A stretch of DNA of 64,000 bases, taken from assembly GCA_947085185.1 (NCBI GenBank), contig CAMTVK010000003.1, positions 128,001 through 192,000 of the forward strand. The letters run 5' to 3'. The notes beneath the pieces are model-generated. The model did no database searches. It was given only the letters and a program-made list of their open reading frames with translations, and was not told where the DNA came from. The DNA comes from Candidatus Fraserbacteria bacterium. GTDB taxonomy: Bacteria; Bipolaricaulota; Bipolaricaulia; RBG-16-55-9; DRXL01. Shown here piece after piece: positions 34,258 through 43,896 of this stretch (position 1 is its first letter; each line of letters starts with the position of its first letter). A program made the position numbers and the translations under genes.

Positions 34258-35548
34258 CTTAAGGCGGCTGGCAAAGCTATCGAGGAGTCTGGGGGGATCG
34301 CTCAAGGCATGAGCGGAAGCCCCGTCTTTGTGGATGGCAAGCTTATGGGGGCCATTAGCATGGCCGCCGCCTGGGCCGTCCCCCAGGACGCTTTAGCTCT
34401 AGTGACCCCGATAGAGAGCATGTTGGAGCTCCTGCGGGAGGGGCAAGCGCTGCCTGCGATGACGCGCTCTGAAACGATCCCAGTCCGCTCGCGCTCCGGG
34501 CGGATTCGCGAGCTGCGCTTCGTGAAGGCGCTGCCAACAGACCCTAGCGAGTTGGCACGCCAGCCTCACACTCTATTTGGCCGGGAGCTGGGGAGCTTAA
34601 TCTTCTATCGGCACCGTCACTTATGTGGAAGACAAGAAGATACTTGCCTTCGGCCACCCCTTCTTGTTCAAGGGCCCCTCGCAATACTTCTTAACGGGAG
34701 CCTTCATCTATACCACCTTTCGCACACTGCAGGTCCCCTTCAAGTACGGGGCGCCTGACGCTGTTGTGCTGGGCACGATTCGTGAAGACCGCGCCCAGGG
34801 GATCGCCGGGGTGTTGGGCGCGGAGCCGGAGCAGGTTGTTCTCAAGATTCGCGTGCGGGATCGGGACCGCCGCAGCGAGAAGGCCTTCGGCATAGATCTT
34901 GTCGAGATGGCCGACCTGCTGCCCACGCTCGTGCTTTTGACGGTGACGAACGCCTTAGATCTTGCTCTTAATCGGGTGAGCGGTGGTACTGTGAAGGCCA
35001 ACTACACGGTGCGGCTGGTGAAGGACGGCGTGCCCTTAAGCATTATAAGGCGCGACGTCTTCTTTGAGTTTCAGGACATCGCGCTAGCGCCCGGCTTGCA
35101 GATCGCCCAGATCATCGCAAATTTGGCCTTTAACCCCTTCCAGCGCGTGGATCTAAAAGAGATCATGGTCGATCTAGAGTTCACAGAGGAGCCCAGGGTA
35201 GCGGAGATTGTGGCCTTAGAGACAGATAAGGACGCTTATAAACCTGGTGAGGAGGTTCGCTTCAAAGTAGTGCTGCGGCCCTTCCGCGGCCCGGCCTTCA
35301 CCCAGGAGGGGGCTCTTAAGCTTCCTGAAAAGTTAGAAGCCGACACACTGACGCTACGAGCGATTGGAGGCCGGGAGGAGGAGCAGCGCACTATTGCCAG
35401 CGTCGAGGAGCTGGTCAAAGCGATCTCCGAGAGCAAGTCCAACGGTCATATCACGCTAGGGGCGGCTGGGACGAGCGTTAGCCTGCAACTGACGGATTGG
35501 TTCGTCAAGGGTAGAGCCAGCAAGACCATCAAGATCCAAAGGGGGTGA
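34258..35548 (+). pseudogene. SpoIVB/S55 peptidase-like gene, 5'-truncated and frameshifted
   Basis: GGIAQGMSGSPVFVDGKLMGAIS...VTPIESML, frame change near 34605, then GTVTYVEDKKILAFGHPF; no start or signal peptide. Confidence 0.75.
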
Positions 35549-35697
35549 GAAATGGCAATAGAAGGCGTGACATAGGTGTGCGGACGGAGCGGATGATGGA
35601 AGCTCGATCGGTGCGGAAGGAAGTAAAGTATCGTAATGGAAGTCTATCTGCGAGAGTACTTTGAGAGCTGGAACAGAATCTATAAGGGGGGATAAAG

Positions 35698-36483
35698 ATG
35701 TTCCACAAGCTCTTCAACGGTAGGAGGAAGTTCGTGAGCATTGCGATACTGGTTGTGGTGCTCGGAAGTGTTGGTGCGTGGATTTGGGCACAAGTGGGCT
35801 CTGCTACCGTGCCCTTGAGAGTCACGGCATTAGAGGCTGAGCTGACTTCAATCAAAGTCCCAGTCAATGGCGTATGGAAGGAAACAGGCCTGATCAAGGT
35901 TTCGCTTTCGGGTGCACCTACACAATTGGTCGGACGGATGACCCCGAGTGGACCTTTGGGCGAGCGGTCTACAGCCAAAATCATATGGCCTGTCTCGGTC
36001 TCCGCTCCTCTTCTAAAAGAGTTAGGCATAGCGAAAATAGATGTATTCCTCATAGGGATTGGCAAGCGGCTTCCCTATAGTGATAGCATGATAGGGGCAG
36101 ACTTTACCATTCTCAGGATTCCTAGCCTGCCCCTTATGGTCATCGACAACTATAATTGCGTCTGGAAATGCGACCAAGGTCCAAAATTTGAGGAGTCAGC
36201 CTTTTGGCAAGGAAAGCCTGGTGCAGAGCTGCGCAGCACCTTCAATCTGCGTGAGGCTGCTTTCCAGGGTCGGGATGTGAATGCGCGAGAGCTGAAGAAG
36301 GAGGCACTTGAGGTGGCGAGTCAGTTCTTTGATTTCCCGCTAAAGAACGTAGACTCCTTCCTCGATACCGCTCTGAAGCTACAACGAGAAAACATGCATG
36401 AAATAGTCATTTACATCCCAGAGTACGACTCTTATCAAACTGCTGACTTGAGTGGTACGGTGACCTTACGCGTAGGACCATGA
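35698..36483 (+). CDS. exported hypothetical protein
   Basis: N-terminal signal/TM segment, G-rich SD. Confidence 0.6.
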   Translation: MFHKLFNGRRKFVSIAILVVVLGSVGAWIWAQVGSATVPLRVTALEAELTSIKVPVNGVWKETGLIKVSLSGAPTQLVGRMTPSGPLGERSTAKIIWPVSVSAPLLKELGIAKIDVFLIGIGKRLPYSDSMIGADFTILRIPSLPLMVIDNYNCVWKCDQGPKFEESAFWQGKPGAELRSTFNLREAAFQGRDVNARELKKEALEVASQFFDFPLKNVDSFLDTALKLQRENMHEIVIYIPEYDSYQTADLSGTVTLRVGP

Positions 36484-36508
36484 CTTAGCTAGCCAATAGC
36501 GATTAACG

Positions 36509-36537
36509 AGGGGGCTGCTATACCAAGCAGCTCCCTT
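36509..36537. terminator. hairpin, possible terminator
   Basis: GGGGGCTGCT-ATACCA-AGCAGCTCCC stem after the CDS; no clear U-tract. Confidence 0.4.
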
Positions 36538-36569
36538 GACTGTTTCTATCTGTTGCTATTATAATCCAG

Positions 36570-37550
36570 ATGATCTTGAGGTTAAAGAAGATGCGCTGGA
36601 TAATAATTCTCGGGGCAACGCTCGCAGTGGTCTTAGGGCTTTTCTTGGCCGCAGGCGGTAAGCTCATCGCCTTAGAACACATAGATTTCCCTCGAGATGA
36701 GTTAGAAAAGTTAATCATATCTAACCCTCCTGAAGCGGCGTTGACCTTGAGTGGACCTTTAGAAGTGCAAGTCGGTTCACCTTGGACCCGCTGGGCCATG
36801 AAGCTTCTGCCAGGAACCTTCTTGGTGAATGTGAAGATCAATGGTCGCAAGGCTTCGCTGGCTGTCGACACCGGTGCTGCCCAGACCTTCATCAGTCCAC
36901 GGATTGCTGTAGCCGCCCAAGTCATCCTGACCAGCTCAAGAATTACAGTCCAATATGGATGGAGAGAGGTCCCGGTTTACATGGGACGAGTTCGGGAGTT
37001 AGAGCTGGGGAACCTAAGGGTGCATAACCTTCCTATAGTTGTGGGCGGGACTCAGCCGGTCTTAAAACTGTTAGGACTACCAATTTGGAACTTAGACGGA
37101 GTCTTAGGCATGGAGCCCCTGCAACGATTAGCGCTCACCCTCGATTATGAACGAGAGGTCGTTGTTCTCCGCCGTGAGTCTCCTCCTTCTTTAGGAGCCT
37201 CTTCAGCTCCTCTCCAGATTTTAAGGGAGCAAGGTCCTGGAGATCTTGAGCATCCAAAGCCAATGGTAGATTGCTTCATAGGGGACTCTGGTCCCTTCTC
37301 TTGCTTCATCGACACTGGAACTTCCAGTCCCGTGTTAATCCCTCGTGATCTTTGGAAGGCTATCGGCCTTGAGGGCCAGAAACAAGGTCGCTTAAAGCAC
37401 CTAAGGCTTGGGGAGCTCGAGCTAAAAGAAGTTCCTGTTGTGAGGGGGAATGTCAAATACATCACCATCGGGAGCAATATCTTCCAATCTCAGGGCATCA
37501 GACGCCTGACGCTGGACTTCTTAGCCGGCAAGCTCTACGCCGAGCGCTAA
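36570..37550 (+). CDS. membrane-anchored retropepsin-like aspartyl protease, two lobes
   Basis: LAVDTGA...GVLG and FIDTGT...TIG motifs. Confidence 0.85.
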   Translation: MILRLKKMRWIIILGATLAVVLGLFLAAGGKLIALEHIDFPRDELEKLIISNPPEAALTLSGPLEVQVGSPWTRWAMKLLPGTFLVNVKINGRKASLAVDTGAAQTFISPRIAVAAQVILTSSRITVQYGWREVPVYMGRVRELELGNLRVHNLPIVVGGTQPVLKLLGLPIWNLDGVLGMEPLQRLALTLDYEREVVVLRRESPPSLGASSAPLQILREQGPGDLEHPKPMVDCFIGDSGPFSCFIDTGTSSPVLIPRDLWKAIGLEGQKQGRLKHLRLGELELKEVPVVRGNVKYITIGSNIFQSQGIRRLTLDFLAGKLYAER

Positions 37551-37951
37551 GTTGTCCCTCCGAAGCCTTGACGGAAATCAACCTCAGCCTACGCTGAACA
37601 TTGATCTCCATCAAAGCGTATCCCTCACCAAGCAGCTACCCTAAAGTTCCTATGGGGAAATCGCTGTTAGGGATGTGGGCCAGCCTCATACCAACTCACC
37701 CCTGCCCTCAAACGATAAACCTCCAACCGCAGAAATGCTCGCAAAGCCAAAAGCAAATGCTTGACGATGGCCAAAGCTTTCCGACTGGGCAAGGAAGTGG
37801 ATGTAGTCCAACTCATCGCATCTAGGTGGATTCATCTCCATCGCCTCCTCTTGTTGACAAACTTCCGTCTTTGTGTTATTTCTTTGTGTTATTATGTCGC
37901 GAGAAGGGGGTTCGCAGTCAACTGCGTAACTCCTACAAATATGGAGCCACT

Positions 37952-38623
37952 ATGAATGACAATATCTCGCTTGATGTATCACTCGTCAAGGCAGGCGCAA
38001 TAGCAGGACTGACAGCTTGCCTGACATACCTATTACGGCACATTGTACCCTTGCCGAGTACCATCAAGATGCTTTTCTTCTTCGCTCTTGGCCCCTTAGC
38101 GATCATTGCCTTCATCGGGCTGAATAGACTGATTAAGACACACAGGAATACTGCAGCGCTTCACATTGCGACACTTTTCGGTATCATCGCCGGCGCCTTC
38201 CACACTTTGATGGCTATCGTCCAATATTCAAACGTTAAATTCATACGAGAGTACATCCGTCAGGCAAACGATCCAGCGATTAAGGAAGAGTACGAGCGGA
38301 TCTTGCAAGGTGTTTTCACGGTTCAATTGGGGATCGATGTTTCGTGGGACATTTTCATAACACTGGCAACCGTTCTCTTTGGTGTAACGATGCTGAAACA
38401 TCCAAGATTTGGCAAGGTTCTTGGCGGTCTTGGGATCATCCTCGGACTAGCAACGCTTGTGCTAAACCTCTATACATTTCCAGTTCCACCACATGAAGCT
38501 GGACTCATTGATCTGGGACCTGCGGTTGGGTTTTGGTTCCTCATAGTTGTAATTCAAATGATGCGCTCCATCCGTTGGCTAAAAGAGTTTGCGAAGTCGG
38601 AGACAACCTCAGCCATAGGCTGA
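37952..38623 (+). CDS. multi-pass membrane protein (DUF4386-like)
   Basis: About six TM segments; ATG 37952 after GGAG; lower GC. Confidence 0.65.
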   Translation: MNDNISLDVSLVKAGAIAGLTACLTYLLRHIVPLPSTIKMLFFFALGPLAIIAFIGLNRLIKTHRNTAALHIATLFGIIAGAFHTLMAIVQYSNVKFIREYIRQANDPAIKEEYERILQGVFTVQLGIDVSWDIFITLATVLFGVTMLKHPRFGKVLGGLGIILGLATLVLNLYTFPVPPHEAGLIDLGPAVGFWFLIVVIQMMRSIRWLKEFAKSETTSAIG

Positions 38624-38761
38624 TGAGCCTTTGGCTCAAAAGAAGGATGAAACTCTATATGGCACCTTCGCCTAACAGCAGGCACTACGACGCTCGCTCT
38701 TTTATCTAGGCAGGGGGGATTTTGGCTATGATGTTAGTGCGCAAGTGAGGAGTTGACATCG

Positions 38762-39550
38762 ATGCAAATCAAGACTTTCCCCTGGTTAGAATTCTGGATA
38801 CTCTTTGGAGCTGGGCTTCTTGGAGTTATGGCCGTTTTCCCATACTTACTCACTTTGTATGGCGCGAAGCTGGAGAAAGTCCCTATACCTCTTCCTCTGC
38901 TCTTGTTCCTGCAGTTCGCGCAGGGCGCACTCTTTTTGGCTGTAGCTGTAGGGGGGGCCTCCTACTGGCGCACAAGGTTGGGTTGGGGGCCCCTCTGCTA
39001 AAGGGCTGGCTTGCAGGTGAAGATATAGGTTCTAGGTTGCTAACTATGTTGGCGCCTGCGATCTTACTTGGTATAGGAACAGGAGTAATCCTGTTGCTGT
39101 TAGAGTCTTTTCTCTTTCTGCCTCGTCTGCCAGGGTTGGCGCATGCCCCAACAGCGACGGCTCCCCTATGGCAGAAGTTCTTGGCCTCTTTCTATGGTGG
39201 GATCACTGAGGAACTTCTCATAAGGCTGTTCCTCTTCTCTCTTTTGGCCTGGCTTCTCGGTAAAGTGTGGCATACACAGGCAGGCTTGCCAACCTTAGGG
39301 GCCTTATGGGCAGCTAACGTTATCGTAGCACTCCTCTTTGGATTATTGCATTTGCCGGCCACGGCAGCTCTACTACCACTCACGACTTTGGTCATTACGA
39401 GGGCGCTTTTGCTTAACGGCTTAGCAGGGTTGGCCTTTGGATACCTTGTACTGGCGGCAAGGCCTAGAGGCGGCAATGCTAGCGCACTTCATGACAGATA
39501 TCGTACTTCATATATTGGGAGCGCCCCTTCTGAGGAGGCCTAGGGTTTGA
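38762..39550 (+). pseudogene. CPBP/CAAX-family intramembrane protease with two frameshifts
   Basis: GITEELLIR, FGLLH, and YWRQGLEAAMLAH in a shifted frame; shifts at G7 38951-38957 and near 39447. Confidence 0.78.
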
Positions 39551-39630
39551 AATCCTTGTCTCAGAAAGGCTTCTGGGATGGCGAGGGAACGGAGCGGCGC
39601 TTTTGGCCGGCTTGTGACTACCCAGTTACG

Positions 39631-39717
39631 GCGATCTTTGAGGGATCCTGCCACCACCCGTTCATTGACGAGCCTGTAGATTTCGCGCGACAGGTGAACG
39701 CTTTTCTGAGACGGTAA
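39631..39717 (+). pseudogene. C-terminal remnant of an alpha/beta hydrolase
   Basis: AIFEGSCHHPFIDEPVDFARQVNAFLRR* resembles the catalytic-His tail (GHxPxxExPxxF...FL). Confidence 0.5.
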
Positions 39718-39764
39718 CTTACTTTGGGTATGGCAACGCAAGCAAAGGAAGGAGGAAGTGAGTC

Positions 39765-40757
39765 ATGGGCGAAGGGCTATATCGTCCCTCTGAAATCTCC
39801 CTGCCGGAGAAAGTGCGCGAGGCCCTGACCGGAGTAGTCAAAATCAAACCCAAGATCCGCTTTCGCGTCACCCTCTTTGCCAGCACAGAGGAGGCAGCTG
39901 CCGCTCGGGCTCATCCCCTGGAGAAGGAATTCCTCCCCGAAGGGGGCACCATCTGGCCAGTGATCATCGACCTTGGGACGCTCCATCAGCTCTGTCAGCA
40001 CCCAAGCGCCTCCCTGCAGCCAGGCTTCTATGAGCTGTGCGCGGCCTTAGAGGGGTTAGAGGCCAAATCATTTCCATGCACTCTTCTGACCAAGCCCCTA
40101 GCCGGAAGCGCTACAGGGTTTGCCGCCGGCCACCGCGACGGCGAGCTGCTCATCACCACCTGTTACCATGTGGCCCGAGACGTGATCGAGCGCTTCAAAC
40201 GCACCGATGGGGTATATGCGCCCACCCCCGTGAGGGCCCTAGATCTTATCGTTGAGGTAAGCGGGGACGGCTCACATCACCCGGACTCGTACCGGGAGGT
40301 CCAGCCGGTCTTCTTAGTTATGAACGCCTCCCAAGCCGATTGGCAACAAGGGCAGGATTGGGCAGTGTTCTCCGTGCCCGGCGACGCACCGATCCGAGTG
40401 CTCAAGCGGGCGCCCCGAGTTCCTGAAGTTGGTGAGACGCTCTGGGCCGCAGGCTTCCCCTGCCGCACCCGGCGCCCTCCTGAGCGGCTGAAAGCCCTTA
40501 ACTACCACGATGCTCATGATGAGCTGCGGATCAGCTTCGGCGAGGTGGTCGAGGTCAAGGGCGCGCCCCCTGCGGCAATTCTTGTGGACCTCGACGGAGT
40601 GTCCGGCAACAGCGGCTCGCCTGTCTTCAATGCCCAGGGAGAGGTCGTAGGCATCCTGCACGATACGACGTATCGCGAGGGGGAGATCGATCTGCGGGTC
40701 GGACAATACGGAGGCCTGGCTCAAGTCGTACCGATAGGACTCCTTCCCAAGCTGTGA
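39765..40757 (+). CDS. trypsin-like (S1) serine protease
   Basis: TCYHV, QDWAV, GNSGSPV; SD GGAGG. Confidence 0.82.
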   Translation: MGEGLYRPSEISLPEKVREALTGVVKIKPKIRFRVTLFASTEEAAAARAHPLEKEFLPEGGTIWPVIIDLGTLHQLCQHPSASLQPGFYELCAALEGLEAKSFPCTLLTKPLAGSATGFAAGHRDGELLITTCYHVARDVIERFKRTDGVYAPTPVRALDLIVEVSGDGSHHPDSYREVQPVFLVMNASQADWQQGQDWAVFSVPGDAPIRVLKRAPRVPEVGETLWAAGFPCRTRRPPERLKALNYHDAHDELRISFGEVVEVKGAPPAAILVDLDGVSGNSGSPVFNAQGEVVGILHDTTYREGEIDLRVGQYGGLAQVVPIGLLPKL

Positions 40758-40763
40758 CGGAAT

Positions 40764-41060
40764 CTATTGGGCTCTTGCAAGGTACGCCCGTTGCTCTGGG
40801 GTGAGCTCGTCGAGAGCGATCCCCATCGTCTCCAATTTGAGCCATGCGACGCGGCGGTCTATCTCCTCTGGCACAGGGTACACCCCCGGCTGCAGCTCCG
40901 CATGGTGCTTGGCGATATAGGCGAGCGTGAGCGCCTGGAGCGCAAACGATAAGTCCATAATCTCGACGGGGTGGCCATCCCCAGCAGCCAAGTTCACGAG
41001 CCGTCCCTCAGCTAAGAGATAGAGCCGTCGCCCGTCGGCAAGCGTAAATTCTTCTTTACA
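40764..41060 (-). pseudogene. ahcY: adenosylhomocysteinase C-terminal fragment only
   Basis: [28 protein letters not shown]...LTPEQRAYL; about three quarters of the gene is absent. Confidence 0.85.
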
Positions 41061-41102
41061 CTGAAGATGTAAAGTAGTTGACACTCCGGATGTGCGGGGG
41101 CT

Positions 41103-41197
41103 TTTGAATCACGGAAAGCGCGGAAGGGAACGGAGGACACGGAAGATGGCTTACATTCAGTGCCTTCCGTGCTTCTCCGCGCCCTCAGTGATCCAAA
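41103..41197. repeat. palindromic element copy B
   Basis: TTTGAATCACGGAA...CAGTGATCCAAA with internal CGGAA/TTCCG units. Confidence 0.75.
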
Positions 41198-41363
41198 CCC
41201 TCAGAGAAAAGAGGCCCTATGCCGCGCAAGAAGCACCCCTATCATAAAGAGCAGCCAGCCCTGGAACAGCGACTCGATCGCTTTATGGCAAGGGTGATCG
41301 TATTTTGGGGCCTGCGGATTTCAGCAATTGGCTCACCCAGGCGGTTGATATAAACCGCTGTCC

Positions 41364-42017
41364 TTAACGGGGACCGATCAGCACCCGCAAATCTCTGAGC
41401 GCCGCGCGCGGGTCGCTCTGCCCGAAGATCGCGCTGGCCGCCACTATGATATCTGCACCAGCCCGCGCGATCTCTCTGATATTGTGCGCGTTGATGCCCC
41501 CGTCGGCTTCGATCTCCACGCTCAGATCTTTTGTGCGGATCAGCTCCTTGGCCTGGCGAATCTTGTCAAGCGTCTCAGTGAGAAAACTCTGGCCGGCAAA
41601 CCCTGGCTCCACGCTCATAATCAGCAAAAAATCGATCTGAGCTAAAAATCTCTCGACGGCGCTCAGGGGCGTCTTTGGTTTGATGGCCAACCCGACCCGC
41701 GCCCCCAACGCGCGAATCGTCTCAATAACGGGGACGGGATCGCCGACGGCTTCTATGTGAAACGAGATGAGATCGCTCGCGCGAACTTGGAACTGCGGCG
41801 CGTACTTTTGGGGATCAGCGATCATCAAGTGAATATCGAAGGGCACGGAAATGCTCTGGCGCAGCGCGTTGACGACTACGGGACCAAACGTTAAATTGGG
41901 CACGAAGTGCCCATCCATCACGTCCCAATGGAGATAATCTGACAAATCGGCGATCTGTTGAACTTGATCGAGCAACCTCCCAAAATCTGCCGCCAGCAGC
42001 GAAGGCGCAAGCTTCAT
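41364..42017 (-). CDS. rpe: ribulose-phosphate 3-epimerase
   Basis: APSLLAADF, HWDVMDGHFVPNLTFG, DIHLM, MSVEPGF, DGGI. Confidence 0.96.
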   Translation of the reverse strand: MKLAPSLLAADFGRLLDQVQQIADLSDYLHWDVMDGHFVPNLTFGPVVVNALRQSISVPFDIHLMIADPQKYAPQFQVRASDLISFHIEAVGDPVPVIETIRALGARVGLAIKPKTPLSAVERFLAQIDFLLIMSVEPGFAGQSFLTETLDKIRQAKELIRTKDLSVEIEADGGINAHNIREIARAGADIIVAASAIFGQSDPRAALRDLRVLIGPR

Positions 42018-42704
42018 CTATCGCTGGGAGCTGCGCGCGATCAGCAGCAGCCGAATGAGCTGCAACACCGCCATGGCCGCGGCCGCAACATACGTCAAGG
42101 CCGCCGCGTTCAAGACCTTCTGCACCGCTGCCAGCTCCGACTTGGCGACGATCGTCCCGCTCTCTTGCAGGATCTGCACGGCTCTGCGGCTCGCGTCAAA
42201 CTCCACCGGCAAGGTCACCAACGTGAAGAAGACCGCCCCGGCAAAGAACAAGACCCCCGCCCACATCAACGGATACCAAGCCGTGATCAACCCAATGAAG
42301 AAGAGCGGGATAGCCAGCATACTCCCGAAATTGGCTACCGGCACCATGGCGCTGCGCAGCACCAAGGGCGCATAGCCGTGCGCGTCTTGGAGGGCATGGC
42401 CGGCCTCGTGAGCTGCGACGCCAATAGCTGCGACCGATCGGCTCTCAGGAGCCGAGAGCCTCAACGTCTTGGTGCGCGGGTCATAGTGATCGGTCAGCTG
42501 GCCAGGCACCGCTTCGATTCTGACAGTGGGCAGCCCAGCCCGATCGAGCAGCCGTCGTGCTGCTTGGGCTGCCGTCAGCCCCGACGCGGACTGCTCTTGC
42601 GCGTACTTATGATATGTGGACCAGACACGATACTGCGCGTAGAGCGAGAACGCCAACGCAGGCAGAATCAAGACCAGAAAGTACGGATCGAAGTAAAACA
42701 TCAC
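42018..42704 (-). CDS. membrane neutral zinc metallopeptidase (YugP-like)
   Basis: LTDHYDP, AAHEAGHALQ, TLPVEFDAS, AAALTYVAA. Confidence 0.9.
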   Translation of the reverse strand: MMFYFDPYFLVLILPALAFSLYAQYRVWSTYHKYAQEQSASGLTAAQAARRLLDRAGLPTVRIEAVPGQLTDHYDPRTKTLRLSAPESRSVAAIGVAAHEAGHALQDAHGYAPLVLRSAMVPVANFGSMLAIPLFFIGLITAWYPLMWAGVLFFAGAVFFTLVTLPVEFDASRRAVQILQESGTIVAKSELAAVQKVLNAAALTYVAAAAMAVLQLIRLLLIARSSQR

Positions 42705-42785
42705 GTGATCACCTCATCTGGGATGATTATAGCAGTCCCCCGCGGCTTGCGCAACGAGGGAGTGTCTGTTAAGATATTTTGCGTT

Positions 42786-42856
42786 TGGGGCGTGGTGCAA
42801 CGGTAGCACGCCGGCCTTTGGAGCCGTAAATGGAGGTTCGAATCCTCCCGCCCCAG
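42786..42856 (+). tRNA. tRNA-Gln(TTG)
   Basis: TGGGGCG/CGCCCCA acceptor stem, anticodon loop CT-TTG-GA, GGTTCGAATCC. Confidence 0.93.
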
Positions 42857-42879
42857 CCCAAACTTCGTCTGGACTGTCC

Positions 42880-43018
42880 ATCGTGCCGCCTGTGGCGGCA
42901 CGGCATACGGCCCAGGCGAAGCCTGGTCAAACAGCGAGAACGAGGTGCACAGGTGCTGCTGAGCGCAAGTTCTGTAGCTCAAGCTACAGGACTTCCGCAC
43001 GGCTGTACTCCAACGTGA
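42880..43018 (+). promoter_or_regulatory. structured rnc leader: three hairpins and a uORF
   Basis: CGTGCCGCC/GGCGGCACG, CCAGGC/GCCTGG and ~26-bp stem 42953-43008. Confidence 0.6.
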
Positions 43019-43719
43019 ACGAGCTTGAACGATTGCGGGAGCGCCTGGGGTTGTCCGAGATCGCTCTCGAGGAGCTGGAGCGCCCTTTTTGTCATAGCTC
43101 CTATGTGAACGAGCAGCCCCCGGGGCTGGAGTCCAATGAGCGCTTAGAGTTCCTCGGCGATGCAGTGATTGAGCTTGCCGTCGCGGAGTATCTCTTTCAG
43201 AATTACCCAGATCGCACTGAGGGCGAGCTGACTAAGATCAAATCTGTTGTGGTCAGTGGCTCCGTGCTCGCGGAGAAAGCGCGCGAGCTTGGGTTGGAGA
43301 AGTGTCTATTGCTTGGGCGCGGCGAGGAAGAGTCCGGTGGGCGCTCGAATGCGAAGCTCTTGGGCGATGCCTTCGAAGCCCTGATGGGGTTGGTCTTTGC
43401 CCACTACGGCTACGCGCGCGCTTCCGCGTTGGTGCGGGAGCTCTTGCGCTCAGAGATCGAGCGCGTTGCGGCCGGGCGCCATCGCCAGGACTACAAGACA
43501 CTCCTGCAAGAGTGGGCTCAGGAACAGCATCAGAAGCCCATCTATACTCTCGTGAGCAGCGAAGGGGAGGATCATTGCAAGGAGTTTACTGTTGTGGTGG
43601 AAGTGAACGGGTTCTCAGCGGTGGGGCGGGGGCGCAGCAAGAAGGCTGCCGAGCAAGATGCCGCGCGCCGACTCTATTGTCAGATCGAAGCGACTTCCAA
43701 GAGCGAACCCCGTCCTTGA
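43015..43719 (+). CDS. rnc: ribonuclease III
   Basis: NERLEFLGDAV, DAFEAL, dsRBD DYKTLLQE...SKKAAEQ; GTG start. Confidence 0.95.
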   Translation: MNELERLRERLGLSEIALEELERPFCHSSYVNEQPPGLESNERLEFLGDAVIELAVAEYLFQNYPDRTEGELTKIKSVVVSGSVLAEKARELGLEKCLLLGRGEEESGGRSNAKLLGDAFEALMGLVFAHYGYARASALVRELLRSEIERVAAGRHRQDYKTLLQEWAQEQHQKPIYTLVSSEGEDHCKEFTVVVEVNGFSAVGRGRSKKAAEQDAARRLYCQIEATSKSEPRP

Positions 43720-43756
43720 CTGCCGCCCTTTCTTGCTCTTAAATAGAGTGATACGT

Positions 43757-43830
43757 GCGCCCGTAGCTCAGTTGGATAGAGCAGCGGTTTCCTAAACCGC
43801 AGGTCGTGCGTTCGAATCGCACCGGGCGCA
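43757..43830 (+). tRNA. tRNA-Arg(CCT)
   Basis: GCGCCCG/CGGGCGC acceptor stem, GCGGT-TT-CCT-AA-ACCGC, GTTCGAATC. Confidence 0.95.
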
Positions 43831-43896
43831 CTACAGAAACAGTCACAAGTTCCAAGTGAAGAGTTTTTCACTGGCAACTGAATATGCAGGAGGACG

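Noticed and set aside
37868..37893. 13-bp tandem duplication TCTTTGTGTTATT next to TTGACA
   Set aside because: Only two copies; an operator cannot be distinguished from slippage.
38670..38739. Integron attC site (GCCTAAC...GTTAGTG)
   Set aside because: Only the outer boxes fit; the interior is not palindromic, and no other attC or intI was seen.
42860..43010. Known riboswitch, SRP RNA or ribozyme
   Set aside because: No conserved core recognised; better explained as the rnc leader. An Rfam scan would settle it.
43757..43890. Island integrated at tRNA-Arg or tRNA-Gln
   Set aside because: No duplicated tRNA 3' end or integrase found in the window.
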